A DNA stretch of 63,574 bases, counting the filler, from Acidimicrobiia bacterium (GTDB lineage: Bacteria; Actinomycetota; Acidimicrobiia; Spongiisociales; SHLN01): NCBI GenBank assembly GCA_041619515.1. It is 6 parts of 6 records of this genome, joined end to end, with 100 filler letters (N's around TTAATTAATTAA, not from the genome) between each part and the next. Parts side by side here need not be neighbours in the genome. Positions count along the whole stretch, not along the records: positions 1 to 11,297 come from JBFKDW010000088.1; 5 more parts are not named here. The stretch is one strand, 5' to 3'. Below are positions 1 to 8,994 of this stretch, in pieces. The translations under genes were made by a program, and so were the position numbers. The notes under the pieces are model-generated. The model searched no databases. It saw only the letters and a program-made list of their open reading frames with translations, and had not been told where the DNA came from. Numbering within the stretch: the first letter of the stretch is position 1; every line of letters begins with the position of its first letter.

Positions 1-1482
1 GTCGACGACATCGCCATTGGAGCGAACGGCGATGTGTTCGCGTTGTCGCAGCTGACCGGCGTGTCGTTCTGGTTTCGGGCACCCGACGCGTCCGTAGCTG
101 AGACTCTCGTGCAGGCCCCGTGTGACGGGTTCACCCAATCATCAGATGAGGATTCCTTGTTTGCCTTCGGGCCCGACGGGTCGGGGCTGCTCGCCATCAA
201 CCTCGAGTCACAGGAGGTGTTCAACTACGAGGTTCCGGAACACCGCCTCACCGGGGGAGCGGCCCCGGGCTATGCCGGTGGAAACCTGGCGCCGCTGGTT
301 GAGATCCAACCGCCCGGGTCGGAAGCGTGGGGGATCGGTGAGAGCGTCGAAGTCGAGGCCACCGTGAGCGATGATGAGGCCGTCGACCAGTCGGCGCTGG
401 TGTGGGAGTTGGTGCACACCACCTGTTCGACTGAACAATCCTGCGAATCGCAGGTGGTCGCCGGCGCTCGCGGCAATCCGGCCGCCCTCGTTGCCGACGG
501 CGCAGGTGCGGTCCTGACGGGTGACTTCGAGCTCCGCGCCACGTACACCGACGGGCGCGGCCTGACCGGAGCCGCTTCGATGCCGTTTGCCCCCCAGATG
601 GTGACCATCGGCTTCGCGTCCAACCGGCCGGGTGCGGTCATCCAGGTCGGCGACGTGGCGGCCGAGACTCCGTTTGCGATCGACGCGATTGTGGGAGACA
701 GCCTCTCAGTCACCGCCGACCCGGTCCAGACGATCGATGACACCAGCTACGAGTTCGCCGCCTGGTCGAACGCTGCGACACGCTCGTATGAGTTGCCTGT
801 GGACGGGGTCGACCAAACGATCACCCTCGAGCTGGTACCCGAGCGCGGCTATGTCCGCTTCACGGGAGTACCCGGCTCGTACGCGGAGCGAAGCCTCAGC
901 CTGCCGGCCGGCACCGACGTGATCGATCTGAGAGGGTGGGTCACGCTCGACGATTGGACCCCAGAAACCGACCAGGCGGTGCTGGGAGCCGCCGGGAATC
1001 GCCTCGAGCTGGCCGTGCTGCGCGACGGCCGCCTCCAAGGGGGAGTCCGCTTGAGCACGGGTGAATTGACGAGGGTCACGTCGACCCAGCCCGTCGCCGC
1101 CGACGCCGGGGAACGGCTGTGGCTGCGCTACGTGTTGAACCTCACCACCGGGGAGGCGGCGTTCTACACGTCCTCCGACGCCGAGAACAGCTATTCGGCT
1201 GTGGAGTGGACACAATTGGGCGAGCCGGGAGCCATCGAGAACCCGGGAAGGCTGTTCAGTCCCATCCGATTCCTGTTCGCGGGGCAAAGCAACCAGAACA
1301 GCGCTCGGTCGATGTCCGGGAAGCTGTACCAGGTGGCCGTGCTGGCCGATGGGGCGCTGTGGGCGCGGGTCGACTTTTCGACGACCAGCCAGCTGACCTC
1401 GTCTCCCCCCAACTACTCCCGATGGGGGACGTGGACGCTGCGCGGATCGGATTGGGAGTACTTCAGGAGCGCTGCCTCCTGA
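1..1482 (+). CDS. Large extracellular multidomain protein, 5'-truncated (end of a putative beta-propeller, Ig/PKD-like domains, C-terminal LamG/concanavalin-like domain)
   Basis: Frame is open from base 1. 'NLAPLVEIQPP..VEATVSDDE..WELVHTTC..C' resembles the Ig-like modules that follow sugar-dehydrogenase-like propellers; beta-rich C-terminus ending 'MSGKLYQVAV'. Confidence 0.55.
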   Translation, partial: VDDIAIGANGDVFALSQLTGVSFWFRAPDASVAETLVQAPCDGFTQSSDEDSLFAFGPDGSGLLAINLESQEVFNYEVPEHRLTGGAAPGYAGGNLAPLVEIQPPGSEAWGIGESVEVEATVSDDEAVDQSALVWELVHTTCSTEQSCESQVVAGARGNPAALVADGAGAVLTGDFELRATYTDGRGLTGAASMPFAPQMVTIGFASNRPGAVIQVGDVAAETPFAIDAIVGDSLSVTADPVQTIDDTSYEFAAWSNAATRSYELPVDGVDQTITLELVPERGYVRFTGVPGSYAERSLSLPAGTDVIDLRGWVTLDDWTPETDQAVLGAAGNRLELAVLRDGRLQGGVRLSTGELTRVTSTQPVAADAGERLWLRYVLNLTTGEAAFYTSSDAENSYSAVEWTQLGEPGAIENPGRLFSPIRFLFAGQSNQNSARSMSGKLYQVAVLADGALWARVDFSTTSQLTSSPPNYSRWGTWTLRGSDWEYFRSAAS

Positions 1483-1534
1483 GGTGAGGCTCCGGCCGGG
1501 CACGGGTGCCAAGATGGGTTGGTACCGTGTTCAC

Positions 1535-2512
1535 ATGAAGCCCTACCGAGTGGCGATCGGTGCGGTGCTCGTTTTCACGGCACTGTACGTCGCCTTCGGC
1601 CTCAACGGCTGGGGATCTCCGGCCGAAAACGAGCAGGCGATTGGGGAGATCTCCCGCTGGTGTGAGCGCGTGCACGACGGGCTGTTGCGCGAGCCGATCA
1701 ACGCCCTCGGCAACCTCGGGTTCGTGGTGGCGGGCCTGGCTATGTTCCGAGTGCTGGCACGCGACCGCGACACCGGGATCCCGAATCATTTCACCGGCCA
1801 CACGCCCGTCGCCCTTTTGTATGCGTCTGCGGTGGTCTTCCTCGGCCCCGGCTCGGCCGTGATGCATGGGACCCACACCTTCTTCGGCGCCTGGATCGAC
1901 AACGTGTCCATGGTCGCCTTCATCCTCGTTCCCTGGCTCTACAACCTCTCGGCTCTCGGGCGGTGGACGCCGTCGCAATTCTTCACGGTGTACGGCGCGC
2001 TCCTGGCCATCTACGCAGCCGGCTACTGGTTCATTGCTCCCGACCTCGGGATCGGCCTGGACCTGTTCGATATCTCGATTCCCCTGTGGATCATCTCAGA
2101 GGTTCTCTACCGCTACTGGTCTCCGGCCCTCCGCTTCTGGTCGGGCTTCGTCGGGTTTGCCGTTGCCTGGGTGTTCGCCATCACTCCAGGCGAGATGCTG
2201 GCCGACCCGGCCGGGCACTGGTGGGTGGTGGTGTTCTGGATTCCCGGCCTGCTGGCCACCCATCCTCCCCCGGCAGGCCGGCGCTACATCCCCTGGTTCT
2301 GGCTGGGCGTGGGATTGTTTCTCCTCGCCTACTCCATCTGGCTGACCGGCACCGCCGATCATGCCTGGTGCCGGCCCGACTCGCTCATCCAGGCCCACGC
2401 GGTGTGGCACCTCTTGACCGCAGCGTCGACCTGGTCCTTCTTTCAATTCTTCCGGACCGAACGGGTGGCAATGCCCGACACGGTGTACCAACCAGCCAAC
2501 AGGCTCAGCTAA
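1535..2512 (+). CDS. Ceramidase-domain (CREST superfamily) membrane hydrolase
   Basis: Motifs WCE, EPINALGN, GSAVMHGT and HAVWH; multiple TM helices. Start chosen from a TACCGT -10 box 6 nt upstream of ATG 1535. Confidence 0.75.
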   Translation: MKPYRVAIGAVLVFTALYVAFGLNGWGSPAENEQAIGEISRWCERVHDGLLREPINALGNLGFVVAGLAMFRVLARDRDTGIPNHFTGHTPVALLYASAVVFLGPGSAVMHGTHTFFGAWIDNVSMVAFILVPWLYNLSALGRWTPSQFFTVYGALLAIYAAGYWFIAPDLGIGLDLFDISIPLWIISEVLYRYWSPALRFWSGFVGFAVAWVFAITPGEMLADPAGHWWVVVFWIPGLLATHPPPAGRRYIPWFWLGVGLFLLAYSIWLTGTADHAWCRPDSLIQAHAVWHLLTAASTWSFFQFFRTERVAMPDTVYQPANRLS

Positions 2513-2536
2513 ATTCCCTGTGAAGGGGAGGTAGCA

Positions 2537-3244
2537 ATGGACATCGACTTCACGCCCGACCAGCACAAGACGTGGGCGGAGCTGTACCGTCGCCAGGAAC
2601 CAAAGGTGCGCCGCCACGCCAGTGCCCTCTACCTGGAGGGCTTCGACAAGCTCGAGCTTCCCGCCGACACCATCCCGACGCTCGACCATCTCAACTCGAA
2701 GATTCCGGACGCAACCGGCTGGACGGTGGTCCGGACCGACGTCCGCTTCACCGACGCCGACGAGTGGTACCGGTTTTTCGACCGCAAGGAGTTCCTCATC
2801 ACCAACTACATGCGGTCCTGGGAGGAGCTCGACTGGACACCGGAGCCGGACATGTTTCACGACATTTTCGGCCACCTGCCGTTCTTCATGCTTCCCGAGT
2901 ACGCCGAGCTCCAGGAGATGTTTGCCCCCGCCTACCTTGCCGCCGAGAGCGACGAGGAGAAAGAGAACATCAAGCGCCTTGCCTGGTACTCGACCGAATT
3001 CGGGATGATCGAGGAGGACGGCGTTCTCAAGGTGTTCGGCACCGGTCTCATGTCCGGGGGTGACGAGTTCACGAACGCCGCCGAGGGCAAGCTGGAGTAT
3101 GAGCCCTTCAGCGTGGCGAACGTGCTGGGCGTCGACAAGGTCATGTATGAACAGCACGACCACCTCTACGTCATCGAATCACTCGACCAATGCAAGGCGG
3201 AGCTGGCGAGCTACCTCACCCCCATCGCCGCCCGGGCCTCGTAA
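2537..3244 (+). CDS. phhA: Phenylalanine 4-monooxygenase (pterin-dependent aromatic amino acid hydroxylase)
   Basis: PEPDMFHDIFGH and WYSTEFG iron-ligand motifs; GGAGG RBS upstream. Confidence 0.85.
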   Translation: MDIDFTPDQHKTWAELYRRQEPKVRRHASALYLEGFDKLELPADTIPTLDHLNSKIPDATGWTVVRTDVRFTDADEWYRFFDRKEFLITNYMRSWEELDWTPEPDMFHDIFGHLPFFMLPEYAELQEMFAPAYLAAESDEEKENIKRLAWYSTEFGMIEEDGVLKVFGTGLMSGGDEFTNAAEGKLEYEPFSVANVLGVDKVMYEQHDHLYVIESLDQCKAELASYLTPIAARAS

Positions 3245-3313
3245 TTGGTCCGGCCTCCGGGGGTGAGCCGGGGCGGCCTGCCCGTCGACGCACTCTCAAT
3301 ACACTCATCTGCG

Positions 3314-3982
3314 ATGCGGATCCTCGCCATTGCCGACGAAACCGACCGCTCGCTGACGGTCGAGCGGCTCCGCGACCTGCGCCCCGATCTCGTGTTGTCA
3401 TGCGGTGATCTCGGCGCCGACTATCTGGATTTCATCTCGTCGGCGGCGAATGCTTCGCTCATCTTCGTTCCCGGAAACCACGACCCGGATATGCGTCGCC
3501 GGCCGGCGAAATCCCGCCCGGAGTCAGGCTTCGAGGACATCTGGGGGGAGGCGGGCGGCGACGACGGCGAAGACGGAGGAGTCGGACCACCGCCCGGCAT
3601 CAACGCCGACCTTCGCATCGTCACCGTCAACGGGCTCACGGTCGCCGGCCTCGGGGGCTCTGTTCGCTACCGCCCGGGCCCCAACCAGTACACCCAGCGC
3701 CAGATGTCGGCGCGGGCCCGGCGCCTGGCGTTCCAGGCGCGTCTGCGTCGAAAGGCGGTCGATGTGCTCATCACGCACTCTCCGCCGCAGGGAATGGGCG
3801 ATGACGGCGCAGGCCCCCACCAGGGCTTCGCCGCGTTCATCCCTTTGCTCGAGAAGCTCCAGCCCCGCCTGATGCTCCATGGACATATCCATCCCCACGG
3901 GTTCGCCAAGCCCGACCGCCGCCTCGGCGGAACCACGATTGTGAACGTCATTCCCCACAAGGTGCTGGAGTTGGAGCTGTGA
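3314..3982 (+). CDS. Calcineurin-like metallophosphoesterase
   Basis: MRILAIADE, CGDL, GNHD, THSPP and HGHIH motifs. Confidence 0.85.
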   Translation: MRILAIADETDRSLTVERLRDLRPDLVLSCGDLGADYLDFISSAANASLIFVPGNHDPDMRRRPAKSRPESGFEDIWGEAGGDDGEDGGVGPPPGINADLRIVTVNGLTVAGLGGSVRYRPGPNQYTQRQMSARARRLAFQARLRRKAVDVLITHSPPQGMGDDGAGPHQGFAAFIPLLEKLQPRLMLHGHIHPHGFAKPDRRLGGTTIVNVIPHKVLELEL

Positions 3983-4932
3983 CCTGGTACCCCCTGGACA
4001 CCTACGACCGGGCTCGCTGGCAGGAATCGATGCACCGCATCGCCAAGATGGTGCGCGGCCAGCAGCCCGAGACGCTGCTCGAACTCGATGACGTGCAGGG
4101 TCGCCTGGCCTTGTTCCAGCAGTCGTATGTGGGGGTCAGGGCCATCCGAGTCGATCAGATCGTCGGTTCGGTCGACAAGGGTGGTGACTTCGACGAGGAG
4201 TTCCGCCCGCGCACCGACCGGGTGAAGCGCCGCTGGGAGCAGGTCGAGCGAGCCTTTCCCATGGGGGATTTCCCCCCCATCGAGGTGTATCAGGTCGACA
4301 ACACCTACTTCGTGATCGACGGGCATCATCGGGTGGGAGTCGCCAAGGCACGGGGAATCGAGTTCATCGATGCGGACATCACCGAGCTTCACTCGCCGTA
4401 CGACCTCGAGCCCGGCACGGACCTCGCCACCATCGTTCATCTCCAGCAGAAGCGGCTGTTCATGCAGCAGTCCGGGCTGGGGCGGGTCCGACCCGATGCA
4501 CGCATCGACTTTTCGAGACCGGTGGGATACGTCCAGCTGCTCGAGAACCTCGAGGTACACGGGTATCACCTCCTGCAAGAGCGCGGTGAGGTGCTCTCCA
4601 AGGAGGCGGTGGCCGCCGACTGGTACGACAACGTGTATCTGAAGAACGTGCGCGAGCTGGAGCGTGCCGGCCTGAACGAGCTGTTGCCCCGCTCTCCCAT
4701 CAGCGATCTCTATCTGTGGGTCCATCAGCGGCGGCAGAGCCTGTTCCCCGATAGGGGCTCGGTCAGCTTCCGTGCCGCAGCCGACGCTCTCGTCGAAGAA
4801 GAGTCCCGGCGGCTGGGGCCGCGAGCGAAAGCAACGGTGGAGCGGGTGGAGGGATCGGTGGGCGGGGTAGTCGGCCGGTTGCTCGGCCGGTCCACCGAGG
4901 ACGAGGAGGAGCCGGTCTCGGAAGAGGAGTGA
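3979..4932 (+). CDS. ParB/Sulfiredoxin-like domain protein with DUF4032-like C-terminus
   Basis: PPIEVYQVDNTYFVIDGHHRV motif; GTGA overlap with the upstream phosphoesterase. Confidence 0.7.
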   Translation: MTWYPLDTYDRARWQESMHRIAKMVRGQQPETLLELDDVQGRLALFQQSYVGVRAIRVDQIVGSVDKGGDFDEEFRPRTDRVKRRWEQVERAFPMGDFPPIEVYQVDNTYFVIDGHHRVGVAKARGIEFIDADITELHSPYDLEPGTDLATIVHLQQKRLFMQQSGLGRVRPDARIDFSRPVGYVQLLENLEVHGYHLLQERGEVLSKEAVAADWYDNVYLKNVRELERAGLNELLPRSPISDLYLWVHQRRQSLFPDRGSVSFRAAADALVEEESRRLGPRAKATVERVEGSVGGVVGRLLGRSTEDEEEPVSEEE

Positions 4933-4939
4933 CCCGAAG

Positions 4940-5299
4940 CTATTCCACCTGGGCGGCTTGCACGCTGCGCACGAAGTCGATGATCGAGATGATCTCGCCT
5001 TCCTCCAGCTGGGAAGCAAATGCCGGCATCTGCAGGCCGCGGCCCCGCTTGACCACTTCGATGAGCGCGGCATCGCTGAATCCGACCTTGGAGGCGAGCG
5101 ACGGTGCGACGCCACCGCCCGGTACGCGACCGCCCTCGAGATCGGGACCGTGGCATTGGGAACAGTTCATCTCGTACAGGACGGCCCCGGCCGCCACCGA
5201 CGCCGGATCCCGCGGCTTGGCCAGATCCTCCGAGGGCGCTCCGCTGCTGCAGGCGGCGATCAGCACCGCCGCCGCCAGCCACGCCAGCCGCCGGGGCAT
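4940..5299 (-). CDS. Monoheme cytochrome c lipoprotein
   Basis: CSQCH heme motif, distal Met (MPAF), lipobox-like IAAC; start overlaps the upstream stop codon (TGATG). Confidence 0.85.
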   Translation of the reverse strand: MPRRLAWLAAAVLIAACSSGAPSEDLAKPRDPASVAAGAVLYEMNCSQCHGPDLEGGRVPGGGVAPSLASKVGFSDAALIEVVKRGRGLQMPAFASQLEEGEIISIIDFVRSVQAAQVE

Positions 5300-6570
5300 C
5301 AGCGGTCCGCCGCCCGGGCGGCGAGCGCCTTGCCCATGCGCGCAACGCCGGCCACCACCGCCTCGGTTCGCTCGCTGGCAAACACCAGGCGCATGAAGCC
5401 GGGCTCGCCGATATGGCAGTCGGCGCCGGGTGTCAGGTTGACGTTGACGGTGTCGAGCAGCCAGCGCCACAGCTCGTGTTCGGCATCCCAGGTGACCGTT
5501 TCCATGAACGGACGCAGGTCACACACAAGAAAAAAGCCGCCCTGGGCGGGCAGGTAGGGGATCGAGGCTGCTTCCAGTGACGAGGTCACCGCCGCGTACG
5601 CCGCACTCAGCCGCCGGCGGTTCTCGCCGACGAATCCGTCGACCCAGGCCTGGTCGACGATCATCTGTTCCAGGAGGAACTGGGTTTCACCGGATACGGC
5701 AGCCCAATAGGCGAGGCCGTCCACTGCCCGTCGCACAGCTTCGTTCTCCGACACCAGCACCCCGCAGCGAAGGCCGCTGGCGGCGAAGTCCTTGCTGAAG
5801 GCCCACACCAGGTGGGTGCGCGGCCCGAGCGATGCACCACGGCTGGCGCCGCTCACGAAGGTGGCGTCACCGAACACCGAGAGGGCGAACAGCTCATCCA
5901 AAATCAGGTGGAGACCGTGGCGGTCCGCCCACGCCATCACCTCGTCGAGCTGTCCCGGCGGATAGACGCGCCCCAGCGGGTTGTTGGGAGACGTGAACAG
6001 CAGCGCCTTGACGGGGAGCGTTGCTTTCTCCAGGGCGGCGTCGAGCAGGTCGATCGTCAACTCGAAGCCGGTGGCGGCAGTTGTGTGCACGGGAATGACC
6101 TCGAGCCGGTCGCGAGTCTCGAGGTCGGGCCAGAAGCCGCTGTAGCTCGGAGTGGGGATGAGGACCCCGTCCCCGGGGTCGGCGATGGCATAGAACAGCA
6201 TCTCCAGCACCGTTCCCGCTCCGGCCAGCGCAATGACATGGTCGGGATCGACCGGCCGGTGGAAGATCCGGCGCTCGAAGAAGGCGGCCAACGCTTCCCG
6301 GAACGACCGCGCCCCGGTCATGGCGTCGTACGCGACGGCGCGCGGGGGGATCCGGCGGCCGGCCGTCATCTTCGGCGCCAGGAGATCCCATACCAGCATG
6401 TTCTCGGCGATGCACATGGCCACATAGCCGTCCGGGTTGGTAGCGGGATCCCAGGCATCTTCGACCCGGGCGAAATGCTCGTCGACGTAGGCGGGCATCG
6501 GGCGCTCGTCGACCAGGTTCTTTCCCCGCACCGAGAGTGTGTCCCGCCCGGCTGGAGCAGTATCGGTCAC
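5299..6570 (-). CDS. PLP-dependent aminotransferase class I/II, ACC-synthase-like
   Basis: NPDGYVAMCIAEN, PNNPLG, DELF and WAFSKDFAASGLRCG motifs; leaderless TACACT box. Confidence 0.8.
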   Translation of the reverse strand: MTDTAPAGRDTLSVRGKNLVDERPMPAYVDEHFARVEDAWDPATNPDGYVAMCIAENMLVWDLLAPKMTAGRRIPPRAVAYDAMTGARSFREALAAFFERRIFHRPVDPDHVIALAGAGTVLEMLFYAIADPGDGVLIPTPSYSGFWPDLETRDRLEVIPVHTTAATGFELTIDLLDAALEKATLPVKALLFTSPNNPLGRVYPPGQLDEVMAWADRHGLHLILDELFALSVFGDATFVSGASRGASLGPRTHLVWAFSKDFAASGLRCGVLVSENEAVRRAVDGLAYWAAVSGETQFLLEQMIVDQAWVDGFVGENRRRLSAAYAAVTSSLEAASIPYLPAQGGFFLVCDLRPFMETVTWDAEHELWRWLLDTVNVNLTPGADCHIGEPGFMRLVFASERTEAVVAGVARMGKALAARAADR

Positions 6571-6600
6571 CGGGAGAGTGTACGGCGAGGGCGGGCGCGG

Positions 6601-8994
6601 CTATCCGCCGTCGTGGCGGCGGAGCACCAGGGCAGTGGCCACCAGGCAGACTGCGGTGATCACACCGAGCGCCACGATCGCTCCCAGCAAGGCGGTGGCA
6701 TTGTGGCTGAACCGGGCGGGCCCGCCGGACACGTCGAGCAGCTGGTCCGCCAACTCGAAGGGCCGGGAGAGGTCGACGATCGGGATGTCGGCCGCCAGGG
6801 TGCTCAGCCGCTGGAGGTCGTTCAGGTCCGAAATGGCCGCCGAGCCGCTGAAGCCCCATTGGGCGCTCGAAATGTAGCTTGCCTGCAGCAGACCGGGCTT
6901 GTCGGTGAACTCGGGGAAGATGCCGCCGGCGGCGAGCACCATCTGCAAGATCAGGATCACCGGGAGCATCGTCATTGCCCGGTCGACCGTGTTGAGCGAT
7001 GCCGACACCAGCAGGCCGAGCGCCATCGCCGCGAGGCCGGTCAGGACCATCACGAGGATGAACTCGCCCCGGGCCCACCCGAACAGCACCGCCTCGGTGG
7101 GGCCGCTCTGACGGGCTGCGCCGATCAGGGTGAGCAGCACGACCTGGACGGCGGTGATGGTTCCCAGCACCACCGTCTTGGAGGCGACGTAGGCCGAGAT
7201 CGAGAGTCCGACCGCTCGTTCCCGGCGGTAGAGGGGCAGCTCCTTGGCGATCTCACGGATGGCGTTGAAGGCACCCAGCTGCGTGGCCCCGAGGACCAGG
7301 GTGAGAAGAACGAGCGGCGCCTTTGATACCAGCCTGACCCGTGGCAGGGAGATCAGGCCCAGCTCCCCGGCGGGCAGGGCCACCAGCATCAGCAGCGACA
7401 TCGCCAGCGCCATGCCGGCCATGAGCACCAGGGTCCTGCGGTCGGCGGCGAGCGTTGCCAGGTAGCGCCTGATCAGCACCGAGAACTGGCGAAACCATGC
7501 CCAGCGCGGCAGGCGGGTCGGGGGGCGAGGGGCGGTGGGGTCGGCCTGGTAGCGAGAGAGTGGTGTCACCACGAAATCGGCGTAGTCAGGGTGGGAGAGG
7601 AATCGCTGCTGCCACTCGGTCCCGTCGATCAGCGTCAGGTCGGAGAACACCTCCTGGTAGTCGCCGCGTTCGAAGTACGAGTTCAGCCGTTCGGGTGGCC
7701 CGAACCAGGCCATTCGACCCCCCGGGGCGAGGCATAGGATCCGGTCACACAGGTGGAGGCTCTGCACGCTGTGGGTGACCACTACCACGGTGCGGCCGGC
7801 TCGCGCCAGCCCGGCCAGCAGCTCCATCAGCGACCGCTCGTAGCCCGGATCGAGCCCTGAGGTCGGCTCGTCGAGGATCAGCAGGGACGGTTGTGTCAGC
7901 AGCTCGAGCGCCACGCTCACTCGCTTGCGCTGGCCGCCGGACAGGTCCGAGACCACCACCTGGCGGCGAGCGGTGAGCCCGAGCTCTTCCAGAACTTCGC
8001 CGACGCGGGCGGAACGTTCGCTCTTGGACACGTCTGGGGGGAAGCGCAGCTCGGCGGCGTAGTCGAGGGTCTGCTGGACGGTCAAGCCCATGTGCAGCAC
8101 GTCGTCCTGCGGGACGAAGCCGATGAGGCGCCGGAGATGGTCGAATTCCTGGTACAGGTCGCGCCCGGCGTAGAACACTGCGCCGGCGCCGGCCGGTTGC
8201 TGGCCGGTCAAGGCTTTGACCAGCGTGGATTTGCCCGATCCCGAGGGTCCGACCACCCCCAGGAAGCTGGACCCGTCGAGGGCGAAGCTGATGCCATCCA
8301 GAATGACGGTGCCCTTCTTGGTGCGAACCGTCAGCCCGGACGCGGCGTAGGCGACCCCGCCCCGCTCCTCGAACTCGGTGAGCCCCTCCGGGGTGACGAC
8401 GAGGGTGTGTCGTCCGATCCGGACCTGGTCCCCGACCTGCAGCTCGACTCGATACACCCTCCGTCCGTTGACGAAGGTCCCGTTGTGGCTGTCGAGGTCG
8501 ACAATCTCGTAAGTGCCCGGGCCGTGTACCAGCAGCTCGGCGTGGCTGCGTGACACCATCAGATCGGGAAGCACGATGTCGTTGGCGGGATCTCGACCGA
8601 TCGTGGTCTTCCGGGTCGTCGGGCGGTGCAGGGCCTCGGGGGCGCCGAGATCACCGAGGGTGTCACCCGGCCGGGGCGGGGATGCTGCCGGCAGCAGCAC
8701 CACCTCCGGGCCCGCGCTCGGGTCGCCGAGGCGGAGCCGGCACGGGCCCCCCACGGTCATGTGCTGGACCGGTTTCCCGTCGCAGAACGTCCCGTTGCTG
8801 CTGCCCAGGTCCTCGACGATCCAACCGCCACCGACCATAGACACCTGCAGATGGCGCCGCGACACCCGGGGGTCGTCGACGACGATGCCCCCACCCGGAT
8901 CACGGCCGACGATCACACGGTCTCCCGGACGCAGATCCCGCTGTTCGGTCCCAGCCTCCAGATGAAGCGGCCCGATGGCTGCCGCTGTGTCCAT
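6601..8994 (-). CDS. FHA-FHA-ABC ATPase-permease fusion (Rv1747-like transporter)
   Basis: Two FHA motifs (GR..VSRRH..SNGT; GR..VSRSH..HNGT), Walker A GPSGSGKS, LSGGQ, DEPT and a C-terminal ABC-2 TM region. Confidence 0.9.
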   Translation of the reverse strand: MDTAAAIGPLHLEAGTEQRDLRPGDRVIVGRDPGGGIVVDDPRVSRRHLQVSMVGGGWIVEDLGSSNGTFCDGKPVQHMTVGGPCRLRLGDPSAGPEVVLLPAASPPRPGDTLGDLGAPEALHRPTTRKTTIGRDPANDIVLPDLMVSRSHAELLVHGPGTYEIVDLDSHNGTFVNGRRVYRVELQVGDQVRIGRHTLVVTPEGLTEFEERGGVAYAASGLTVRTKKGTVILDGISFALDGSSFLGVVGPSGSGKSTLVKALTGQQPAGAGAVFYAGRDLYQEFDHLRRLIGFVPQDDVLHMGLTVQQTLDYAAELRFPPDVSKSERSARVGEVLEELGLTARRQVVVSDLSGGQRKRVSVALELLTQPSLLILDEPTSGLDPGYERSLMELLAGLARAGRTVVVVTHSVQSLHLCDRILCLAPGGRMAWFGPPERLNSYFERGDYQEVFSDLTLIDGTEWQQRFLSHPDYADFVVTPLSRYQADPTAPRPPTRLPRWAWFRQFSVLIRRYLATLAADRRTLVLMAGMALAMSLLMLVALPAGELGLISLPRVRLVSKAPLVLLTLVLGATQLGAFNAIREIAKELPLYRRERAVGLSISAYVASKTVVLGTITAVQVVLLTLIGAARQSGPTEAVLFGWARGEFILVMVLTGLAAMALGLLVSASLNTVDRAMTMLPVILILQMVLAAGGIFPEFTDKPGLLQASYISSAQWGFSGSAAISDLNDLQRLSTLAADIPIVDLSRPFELADQLLDVSGGPARFSHNATALLGAIVALGVITAVCLVATALVLRRHDGG

